A DNA stretch of 64,000 nucleotides from an uncultured Actinomycetes bacterium. GTDB lineage: Bacteria > Actinomycetota > Acidimicrobiia > Spongiisociales > DATADW01. The translations under genes and the position numbers were made by a program. Positions 18,621 to 28,732 of the stretch are shown piece by piece (the stretch's first letter is position 1; each line of letters opens with the position of its first letter). The notes under the pieces are model-generated. The model ran no database searches, was not told the DNA's origin, and was given only the letters and a program-made list of their open reading frames with translations. Location of the stretch: contig CAWGRK010000001.1 of the NCBI GenBank assembly GCA_963824995.1, positions 13,094 to 77,093 on the forward strand. The letters run 5' to 3'.

Positions 18621-21600
18621 GTGGCTCGACGTGCGCGCTCGTTTGTTTTGGCATTCGTCATCGGCGGTCTGTTGGTGGGCAGCTTTGCGCTGCCTGCAAG
18701 CGCGGCCAACCCCGAGCACTCGGTAGTGGTCAACGACAACCCCGCTGACTTCACACCACACGTGGTCGACGGGCGCGTCTACGCCATCATCCAGGTAGGC
18801 AACAAGATGATCGCCGGTGGCTCGTTCACCCAAGTGCAGCAGACCGCCAACGGCGCCAACATCGCCCGCAACCGGATCTTCGCCTTTGACGCCACCACCG
18901 GTGTCATCGACCCCAACTTCAAACCCAACATCGACGGTGACGTCTACTCGTTGGTGGCGACCCCCGACGGTCACATCATCGCCGGAGGCACGTTCAGCAA
19001 CGTCAACGGCGTCGCCTCGCAGAAGTTGACCAAGCTGAATCTCAGCGACGGCCAGCGGGTCACGCATTCACGGCGCGGACGGACGGCCGGGTCAAGGACA
19101 TGGTCCTGCGCAACGGCAAGCTCTACATCGCCGGCGGCTTCAGCCGGGTCAACAACATCGTGCGCGACCGCCTCGCTGCGGTCAACCCGAACACGGGAGC
19201 GCTGGACCCGAACTTCATCATGCCGGTCACGCAGTCCCGCGACGGGGTTTCGGTTCCCAGCGTCTACGCCATGGAGGCTGATCCCGGCGGGGACCAAGCT
19301 GATGATCATCGGCAACTTCACCAACGTCGGCGGTCAGCACGCTACCAGGCGGCGATGATCGACCTCACCTCATCGCCGGAGACGGTGGCCAACTGGGACA
19401 CCGAACGGTATCACCCATCGGCACCTGCGCCTCGGTTTTCGACACCTACATGCGCGACGTGGCCTTCTCCCCCGACGGGAGCTACTTCGCCATCGTCACC
19501 ACCGGCGCCTACGGCGCCGGGACCCTGTGCGACGCCACATCCCGCTGGGAGTCCAACGCCACCGGCACAGCAACCTCCAGCCGACCTGGGTGGACTCCAC
19601 CGGCGGCGACACGCTCTACAGCGTGGCCATCACCGGCACCGCCATCTATGTCGGCGGTCACCAGCGCTGGTCGAACAACGCCTTCGCCGGCGACCGGGCC
19701 GGCCCCGGCGCGGTCGAACGCGACGGGATCGTCAGCCCTCGACCCCGACACCGGACTGGCCCTCTCGTGGGACCCGGGCCGGGACCGCGGCGTGGGTGTG
19801 TTCGTGCTCTACCCCACCGAGCAAGGCCTCTGGCTGGGAAGCGACACCGATCGGGTGGCCGGGAGACGCACCGCAAGCTGGCCCTGTTCCCGCTCGCCGG
19901 TGGCACCGTCGTTCCGGAGAACGAGCAGATCGGGCTCCCCAACGACCTCTACAACATGCCGGTCGAGTCCTGCCCGGCACCCGACACCACGATCCTCTAC
20001 CGGGTCAACGGTGGCGGTCCCACCCTGCAGTCGCTCGACTGCGGACCCGACTGGGTCAGCGACGACGCTGAGGGCGCCCAGTACCGCAACACCGGCAACG
20101 GCGCCGGCTGGGGGACCGGAGTCACTCTTCCCGGCGACTTTCCCGCCACCACGCCACCGCAGGTCTTCCAGTCGGAGCGGTGGGACGACGGCGGCTCCCC
20201 CGAGATGGAGTGGAGCTTCCCGGTCGCCGCGGGACACCCCCGTCGAGGTGCGGCTCTACTTCGCCAACCAGTACGACGGGACCGCCAACGTGGGTGGCCG
20301 TGTCTTCGACGTCTCCGTCGAGGGCAACAAGGTGCTCGACAACTACGACATCGTGGCCGACACCGGTGGCACCCAGCGGGCGGCACGGTGAAGCGGTTCA
20401 ACGCCACCAGCGACGGGACCATCAACATCCTGTTCGAGCACGTGGCGGAGAACCCGCTGATCAACGCCATCGAGATCGTGCGCACCGACCTGCCGCCGGG
20501 CCCCCAGCCGGGTGACATCGACTTCCTCGGACGTCGGCTTGTTCAACGGCGGCGGTCCTCAGACATCGAGCACCGTCTCCACCCCCGGTTTCGACTGGGG
20601 CGAGGCGAGGGGCGCCTTCGTCAACAACGACGTCCTCTACGTGGGACGCCAGGACGGGACGATGACGGCCCACAGCTTCGACGGACAGACCGTCGGTGCC
20701 GGAACCGAGGTGGACCTGCACGGGCTCAACACGTACAACTTCAACGTGTCGAGCATCACCGGGATGTTCTTCGACGGGACCCGCCTCTTCTACACGGTGG
20801 CGGTGACGGCCGGATGCACTGGCGCTACTTCCTCCCGGCGAGCCAGCTGGTGGGTGCCCTCGACTTCACCATCGCATGGCAACTGGAGCGACGTGGCCGG
20901 GATGACCATGGCCGACGGCAAGATCTACTTTGCCCGGACCAACGGCAACCTCTACTCGGTGGACTTCGCCAACGCCGCTCCGGTGCCCGGCACCGAGGTG
21001 CTGGTGAGCCCGGCGAGCGCCGGATACGACTGGGCCTCGCGTGCCATGTTCGTCTACCACCAGTTCGCCGACAACCAGGCGCCGACGGTGCCCGGCAAGC
21101 CGGCCGGACAGGCGACGGCGACCGACACGATCAACATCAGCTGGAGCCCCTCCAGCGATGTCTCGGCCATCACCTACCGGGTCTACCGGGACGGTGGAAC
21201 CGACCCCGATCGGTGAGACCTCGGGCACCAGTTGGACCGACAGCGGTCTGGCTGCCGAGTCGACCCACACCTACCGGGTGAGACGCCGTCGACGCCTTCG
21301 GCAACGAGAGCGCCCTTTCGGTGGCCTCCGACCCGATAACGACGCTGCAGGAGCCGGACACGACGGCGCCGGTCAAGCCGGCCGCCCCGACCGGGACCAG
21401 CAACACGACCGACTCGATCGACGTGACCTGGACAGCGACCACGGACAACCGTCCGGGGACGATCACCTACCGGTTGTACCGGGACGGTGGAACCACCCCG
21501 GTGTTCGAGGGCACGGGTCTGACGTACACCGACACCGGTCTCACCGCCGGCTCGGTCCACACCTACAAGGTGGAGGCCGAGGACGTGGCGGAGCAACGTC

Positions 21601-22484
21601 AGTGAGCTGTCCGACTCGTCGGCGCAGATCACCGTGCAGACCCCCGACACGACGGCGCCGGCCAAGCCGGCCGCCCCGACCGGGATCAGCAACACGACCG
21701 ACTCGATCGACGTGACCTGGACGGCGACCACGGACGACCGTCGGCGGGCGGTCACCTACCGGTTGTACCGGGACGGTGGAACCACCCCGGTGTTCGAGGG
21801 CACGGGTCTGACGTTCACCGACACCGGTCTCGCCGCCGGCTCGGTCCACACCTACAAGGTGGAGGCCGAGGACGTGGCGGGCAACGTCAGTGAGCTGTCC
21901 GACTCGTCGGCGCAGATCACCGTGCAGGTGCTGCCTGCGGAGATCTTCACCGACGACTTCTCGACCGGCAACCTCTCGAAGTGGACGGTGACGGGCAGCC
22001 TCGTCATCGACACCGACCAGGGGTCAGCCGGCTGCCAGCGCCCGCGGGGCGGTGACCAACGCCAAGGCCATGGGTTCCAGGGTTCTCCCCTCGACCTACG
22101 GCTCGCTCTGCATGAGCACGGCGGTCAACGTGCAGTCGCTGGGGACCAACACCGACCTGTTCCGGATGCGCACCGCCGCAAATGGAGCGGTTGCCAAGGT
22201 GTACGTCGCCGCCAACCGCAGGCTCTGGATCCGTTCCGACGTGAGCGGCCAGCAGGTGCAGATCCTCGGCGACACCCTGCCGCTCAACGGCTGGGCCACT
22301 GTGGAGCTGTGCGGGACGGTCGGTGCCAGCCGGCAACTTGGACCCTCCGGGTCAACGGGACCGTGGTTCGCACGACTGGGTGGCCAACACCGGCACCACG
22401 CCCATCGGGCGGGTCCAGATCGGCGACTCGGTCAACAAGACCTGGACCATCAACTACGACAACGTCGTGGTCGACCTTCCATAG
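18621..22484 (+). pseudogene. Paralog A: secreted beta-propeller - malectin - 3xFN3 - LamG-like multidomain protein, about 18 frame switches
   Basis: GTG start 6 nt after AGGAGG, with a signal peptide (ARRARSFVLAFVIGGLLVGSFALPASA). The product was reconstructed across many track fragments by colinearity with paralog B. Malectin pattern: ILYRVNGGG...FQSERW...VEVRLYFANQY...GGRVFDVSVEGNKVLDNYDI...NAIEIV. There are three FN3 units (ITYRVYRDGG / ITYRLYRDGG) and a C-terminal jelly-roll-like domain ending NKTWTINYDNVVVDLP*. Confidence 0.7.
21354..21930 (+). repeat. Tandem duplication of a 288-bp unit (one FN3 domain) inside paralog A
   Basis: The units start at about 21354 and about 21643 and are near-identical at nucleotide level (PDTTAP.KPAAPTG.SNTTDSIDVTWTATTD...HTYKVEAEDVAGNVSELSDSSAQITVQ). 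The first unit carries a 1-nt indel relative to the second. Confidence 0.8.
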
Positions 22485-22505
22485 GTCGGATCCACACCTA
22501 GTGAT

Positions 22506-22531
22506 GACGGCCCGCCACCCGGCGGGCCGTC
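22506..22531 (+). terminator. Stem-loop terminator candidate after paralog A
   Basis: GACGGCCCGCC-ACCC-GGCGGGCCGTC, a perfect 11-bp stem. A homologous hairpin follows paralog B. Confidence 0.55.
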
Positions 22532-22570
22532 GCACATCCCAATCAATGTGACGCAGCAACCGAGGAAGTC

Positions 22571-25286
22571 ATGAACCTTCATCGCCCCCGTACCATCCGA
22601 TTTCTCGCCCTGACAGCGCTTTTCGCCCTTCTCTTGACGGCGCTGCCGTCCGGCCCCGCAGGCGCCGCCTCGATCCCGATTGCCATCCGTGCGGTGGGTC
22701 AAGGCGCGGCGAACTGGACATCTGGCTCGGTGACGGTGCCTTCATCGGTGATGCCCGGTGATGGTCTGGTGCTGTTCGTATCGATGGGCGGGACGGGATC
22801 GGTGTCGACCCCGACAGGGTGGACCGCCGAGGGCACCCGGCTGGCCTCTTCCATGCGGACGGCGCTTTTCTCCAAGGTGGCAACTGCGGCCGATGCCGGG
22901 GCGCGGGTGACGGTGAGCCTCTCTCAGCAGCAGAAGATGAACCTGGTGGTGGCCGCCTACTCCGGGACCGACCCGGAAGACCCGATCCACGCCTTCGCCT
23001 CAGCGGGGGAGACGACCAGCCGCTCCGGGCACACCACCCCCATGGTCACCGCCACCGAGGCGGGGACCCTGGCGGTCTCGTACTGGTCGGACAAGTCCTC
23101 TGGGACCACCTCCTGGACGGCCCCGGCGGGGCAGACGGTGCGGCACACCTCCTTCGGGAGCGGTGGGGGCCGGATCTCGGCGCTGCTCACCGACTCCGGG
23201 TCGCACGGGGACGGCGGGGAGCCACGGGGGGATCACCGCAACCGCCAACACCGCCTCGGACAAGGCAACGATGTGGACCGTGCTGCTGGCGCCGGCCCAA
23301 CCGGTCGGGAACCAGCCACCCACCGCCGACTTCGACGTGTCCTGCACCGGGCTGGAGTGCGACTTCGACGGCACCGGCTCGGACGATCCCGACGGGACCA
23401 TCGACACCTGGGCGTGGGACTTCGGCGACGGCGACAGCGCCACCGAGGCCAGCCCCACCCACACTTTCGGGTCGGCGGACAGCTACCAGGTGACCCTCAC
23501 AGTCACCGATGACGACGACGCCACCGACACCCACACCGAGACGGTCACGGTCGATGTCTCCGCCTCGATCCCGATTGCCATCCGTGCGGTGGGTCAAGGC
23601 GCGGCGAACTGGACATCTGGCTCGGTGACGGTGCCTTCCTCGGTGATGCCCGGTGATGGTCTGGTGCTGTTCGTATCGGTGGACGGGACGGGATCGGTGT
23701 CGACCCCGACAGGGTGGACCGCCGAGGGCACCCGGCTGGCCTCTTCCATGCGGACGGTGCTTTTCTCCAAGGTGGCAACTGCTGCCGATGCCGGGTCGCG
23801 GGTGACGGTGAGCCTCTCTCAGCAGCAGAAGACGAACCTGGTGGTGGCCGCCTACTCCGGGACCGACCCGGAAGACCCGATCCATGCCTTCGCCTCAGCG
23901 GGGGAGACGACCAGCCGCTCCGGGCACACCACCCCGATGGTCACCGCCACCGAGGCGGGGACCCTGGCGGTCTCGTACTGGTCGGACAAGTCCTCGGGGA
24001 CCACCTCCTGGACGGCCCCGGCGGGCCAGACGGTGCGGCACACCTCCTTCGGGAGCGGTGGGGGCCGGATCTCGGCGCTGCTCACCGACTCCGGGTCGCC
24101 GGGGACCGCGGGGAGCCACGGGGGGATCACCGCAACCGCCAACACCGCCTCGGACAAGGCAACGATGTGGACCGTGCTGCTGGCGCCGGCCCAACCGGTC
24201 GGGAACCAGCCACCCACCGCCGACTTCGACGTGTCCTGCACCGGGCTGGAGTGCGACTTCGACGGCACCGGCTCGGACGATCCCGACGGGACCATCGACA
24301 CCTGGGCGTGGAACTTCGGCGACGGCGACAGCGCCACCGAGGCCAGCCCCACCCACACTTTCGGGTCGGCGGACAGCTACCAGGTGACCCTCACAGTCAC
24401 CGATGACGACGACGCCACCGACACCCACACCGAGACGGTCACGGTCCCGGTGCCCGAGGTCGTCACCATCACCGGAGCGGGCGACATCGCCCCGTGCGTC
24501 GGCAACCAGCCGGCTCCGGGCCCGGTGGCGACTGCCGAAGTGCTCGACTCGGTGGTGGCCGACCATCCCCTCGCCACGGTGATCGCCCTCGGAGACCTGG
24601 CATACCCTGATGGCACACCCCAGCAGTTCGCCTGCGGCTACCACCCCACCTGGGGCCGGCACTACAACCGGACCAAGCCGGCGGTGGGCAACCACGAGTA
24701 CCACACACCGGGTGCCGCCGGGTACTTCGGATACTGGAACGGCCGAGGCGGCGACCCGGCCGAGGGCTGGTACAGCTACGACCTGGGTGCGTGGCATGTG
24801 GCCGTGATCAACTCCAACTGCGCCTCGATCGGCGGTTGCGACGAGGGATCTCCCCAGCACCAGTGGCTGGCGGCTGACCTCGCAGCCAACGCCGATTCGT
24901 GCACCCTGGTATACGGGCACCATCCCTACTACACCGCCGGACCCCATGACCGGTCCATGGTGCTGCGTGACTTCTGGGAGCTGGCCTACGACCAGGGAGT
25001 AGACCTCTGGCTGAACGGGCACGATCACAACTACCAGCGGTTCGCTCCCCAAGACCCCGATGGCAACCTCGATCCGCAGAGGGGCATCCCCCAGTTCCTG
25101 GTTGGCACGGGAGGAGCAGGCCACACCACCCCCACCCGAGTCGGCTCCAACCCGAACCTGGTAGTGGAGAACCACGACACGTCCGGGGTCATCGAGCTCA
25201 GCCTGAGCTCTGGCGGGTACGCCTGGGAGTTCCACCCCGAGGCGGGCCGGACCTTCACTGACTCCGGCACCGGCAACTGCCACTAG
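22571..25286 (+). CDS. Secreted protein: 2 x (uncharacterised about 210-aa module + PKD domain) + calcineurin-like metallophosphoesterase (one frame switch near 23200)
   Basis: Signal peptide: MNLHRPRTIRFLALTALFALLLTALPSGPAGA. PKD signature: DFDVSCTGLECDFDGTGSDDPDGTIDTWAWDFGDG...YQVTLTVTDDDDATDT. Phosphoesterase motifs: ITGAGDIA, ALGDLAYPDG, GNHEY, VYGHHP, LNGHDHNYQR. Confidence 0.8.
22666..24452 (+). repeat. Direct tandem duplication of an 894-bp (298-codon) unit
   Basis: Unit 1 begins at 22666 and unit 2 at 23561 (both start CGCCTCGATCCCGATTGCCATCCGTGCGG). Manual alignment gives about 14-15 substitutions plus one 1-nt indel, and the indel causes the frameshift in unit 1. Confidence 0.9.
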
Positions 25287-25378
25287 GTGCACCCCGTCTT
25301 GGTTGCGTTGACCCGGCAAGGCCTGGTCCGGAACCAAGGCGGGCAGGGCCAACAAAAAGTTGCGCCTCCGGCGGCGGC

Positions 25379-25591
25379 ATGGTCCGCCCGCAAGGCAAGC
25401 CCGAACATGGGCCTGTCGACTCATTCCCGGAAAGTCCCTCAAGGGCGGGCCTCCGAGCCGACGATGCTTCCCCATATAAGGAGTGGGTAGGGCGGTTCAC
25501 GGTGCCCGCACGAGCGAGCGCCACCATCCCCTTGCCATGGAATGTGCTGGCCCGACTGGGGGCGGTCAGCCATGGACCCTAGGAGGAAAGC
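25379..25591 (+). promoter_or_regulatory. Conserved 5' leader, copy B
   Basis: See 18409-18620. It has the same 47-nt identical block (25478-25524), the same hairpin and the same AGGAGG RBS before GTG 25592. Confidence 0.35.
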
Positions 25592-28500
25592 GTGGCTCGA
25601 CGTGCGCGCTCGTTTGTTTTGGCATTGATCATCGGCGGCTTACTGGTGGGCAGCTTTGCGCTGCCCGCAAGCGCGGCCAACCCCGAGCACTCGGTGGTGG
25701 TCAACCCCAACCCGGTGAACTTCACCCCGCACGCCGTGGATGGGCGGGTCTACGCCATCGTCCAGGTCGGCAACAAGATGATCGCCGGCGGTTCGTTCAC
25801 CCAGGTGCGGCAGACCGCCGACGGACCCAACATCGCCCGCAACCGGATCTTTGCCTTCGACGCCACCACCGGGGCGATCGACCCCAACTTCGCCCCCAAC
25901 ATGGATGGCGACGTCTTCTCGTTGGTGGAAACGCCCGATGGGCATGTCATCGCCGGCGGCACATTCAACAACATAAACGGAGCCCCCTGGCAAAAGGTGG
26001 CGAAGCTCAACTTGTCCAATGGGCAGCGGATCACCGCCTTCACCGCCCGCGCCGACGGCCGGGTCAAGGACATGGTCCTCCGCAACGGCAAGCTCTACAT
26101 CGCCGGCGGTTTCAGCCATGTCAACAACATCGTGCGCAACCGGCTCGCCGCGGTGGACGCCACAACTGGGGTCTTGGACACCAGCTTCAACATCCCGGTC
26201 ACCCAGTCACGGGACGGGGTCTCGAATCCGAGCGTCTACGCCATGGCAGCCGATCCGGCGGGGACCAAGCTGATGATCATCGGCAACTTCACCAATGTTG
26301 GCGGTCAATCCCGCTGGCAGGCTGCCATGATCAACCTCACCACGACACCGGCAAGCGTGGCCAACTGGCAGACCGAGCGGTACGGCACATCGGCGCCCTG
26401 CGCAGGGGTGTTCGACACCTACATGCGCGACGTGGCCTTCTCCCCCGACGGGAGCTACTTCGCCATCGTCACCACCGGCGCCTATCGCGCCGGCCAGCTC
26501 TGCGACACCGCAACCCGTTGGGAGTCCAACGCCACGGGAAGCAATCTGCAGCCCACCTGGGTGGACTACACGGGCGGCGACACGCTCTACAGCGTCGCCA
26601 TCACCGGCACCGCCGTCTACGTCGGCGGCCACCAGCGCTGGTCGAACAACCCCTTCGCCGGAGACCGGGCCGGCCCCGGCTCGGTTGAGCGCGAGGGGAT
26701 CGTCGCCCTCGACCCGGCAACGGGCTGGCCCTCTCGTGGAACCCGGGAAGGGACCGTGGTGTCGGCGCCTTCGTGCTCTACCCCACCGAGCAGGGGCTCT
26801 GGCTGGGTAGTGACACCGACGGCGTGGCCTGGGAGACCCATCGCAAGCTGGCCCTGTTCCCACTCGCCGGCGGCGCGGTCGTTCCCGAGAACGAGCAGAT
26901 CGGCCTACCCAATGCCCTCTACAACCTGCCTAGATCGGGCCCCCAGCCAGACGTCGACTTCCTGGGACGCCGGGTGTTCAACACCGGCGGGCCCCAGGCA
27001 TCGAGCACCGTCTCCACCCCCGGGTTCGACTGGAGTGAGGCACGGGGAGCCTTCGTCAACAACGACGTCCTCTACGTGGGACGTCAGGACGGACGGATGT
27101 TCGCCCACAGCTTCGACGGCCAGACAGTCGGCCAGGGTGTCGAGGTGGACCTGCGCGGGCTCAACACGTTCAACTTCTCGGTGTCGAGCATCAGCGGGAT
27201 GTTCTTCGACGGGACCCGCCTCTTCTACACGGTGAGCGGTGACACCCGGATGCACTGGCGCTACTTCCTGCCGGAGAGCCGGCTGGTGGGTGCCCTCGAC
27301 TTCACCATCGCGGGCAGCTGGAGCGACGTGGCCGGGATGACCATGGCCGATGGCAAGATCTACTTCGCCCGGACCAACGGCAACCTCTACTCGGTCAACT
27401 TCGCCAACGCCGCCCCGGTGGCCGGCACCGAGGTGCTGGTGAGCCCGGCGACCGCCGGGTACAACTGGGCATCGCGGGGCATGTTCGTCTACCACCAGTT
27501 CGCCGACAACCAGGCGCCGACGGTGCCCGGCAAGCCGGCGGGACAGGCCACGGCGAGCGACACCATCAGCATCAGACTGGAGCCCGTCCAGCGACGCCTC
27601 GGCCATCACCTACCGGGTGTACCGCGATAACGGAACCACCCCGATCGGTGAGACCGCCGGCACCAGCTGGACCGACACCGACCTGGTGGCGGGCTCGACC
27701 CACACCTACCGGGTGGAGGCCGATCGACGCCTTCGACAACGAGAGCGCTCTGTCGGTGGCTTCCAACCCGATCACCACACCGCTACCGCCCGACACCGAG
27801 GCGCCGTCCCAGCCGGGACAGCCCACCGGGTCGAGCAACAGCGCCGGCACCATCGACCTGACCTGGGCGGCGTCAACCGACAACAGCCCGGGGACGATCA
27901 CCTACCGGGTGTACCGGGATGGTGGGACCGAGGTGACCGAGACCACCGGTCTGATCGTTCACCGACACCGGTCTGGTGGCGGGCTCGACCCACACCTACA
28001 CGGTGGAGGCCGAGGACGCCGAGGGCAACATCAGCGAGCTCTCCGACCCGTCGGCATCGATCACGGTGCAGACGGCAACGACCGGAGTCTTCAGCGATGA
28101 CTTCTCCGCCGGCCTTGGTCGATGGACGCTCAACGGTGTGATGACGGTCGACTCGACAACGTTCGGGGCTGCGGCGCCCAGCGCCCGGGGAGCGGTGGCC
28201 AACGCCAGGGCCCAGGCGACGGTGACGCTGCCTTCCACCTACGGCTCGCTCTGCATGAGCACCGCGGTGAATGTGCAGTCGCTCTCCGGAAACACCGACC
28301 TGTTCCGCCTGCGGACTTCCACCGGCGGGGCGATCGTCAAGGTGTACGTCGCGACCAACGGCAGGGTCTTCATCCGCTCCGACGCAAGCGGCCAGCAGGT
28401 GCAGACCACGGCGACGCTGGCCACTGGGTGGCACACCGTGGAGCTCTGCGGCACGGTGGGCACCGCCGGGACCTGGGACCTCGTGGTCGACGGGACCCTG

Positions 28501-28620
28501 GTGCGCGATAACTGGGTGGCCAACACCGGCACGACACCCATCGGCCGGGTCCAGATCGGCGACTCCGCCAACAAGACCTGGACCATCAACTGGGACGACG
28601 TCGTCGTCGAAATTCCTTAG
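25592..28620 (+). CDS. Paralog B: secreted beta-propeller - 2xFN3 - LamG-like protein (no malectin domain), about 4 frame switches
   Basis: The first 1.1 kb is uninterrupted (ORF 25592-27235). The product is colinear with paralog A, except that the malectin segment is absent (NLPRSGPQPDVDFLGRR joins directly) and there are two FN3 units instead of three. The C-terminus is ...NKTWTINWDDVVVEIP*. Confidence 0.8.
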
Positions 28621-28641
28621 TCGAAACCAAACCTCAGAGAT

Positions 28642-28670
28642 GACGGCCCGCCGAATTCCGGCGGGCCGTC
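28642..28670 (+). terminator. Stem-loop terminator candidate after paralog B
   Basis: GACGGCCCGCCG-AATTC-CGGCGGGCCGTC, a 12-bp stem. Confidence 0.55.
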
Positions 28671-28732
28671 CTGCGTCAGAACACACCCAGACGGCCGATA
28701 GGGTCGGAGATCGGTCGAGGAAGGAAATCGCG

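Noticed and set aside
23895-25475. 526-aa minus-strand ORF antisense to the metallophosphoesterase gene. Similar long antisense ORFs occur at 55717-56994, 35536-37080, 33573-34649, 31681-32892, 41886-43061 and elsewhere.
   Set aside because: These are Arg/Gly/Pro-rich, motif-free translations lying exactly opposite genes with strong family signatures. Such shadow ORFs are typical of high-GC DNA where stop codons are rare.
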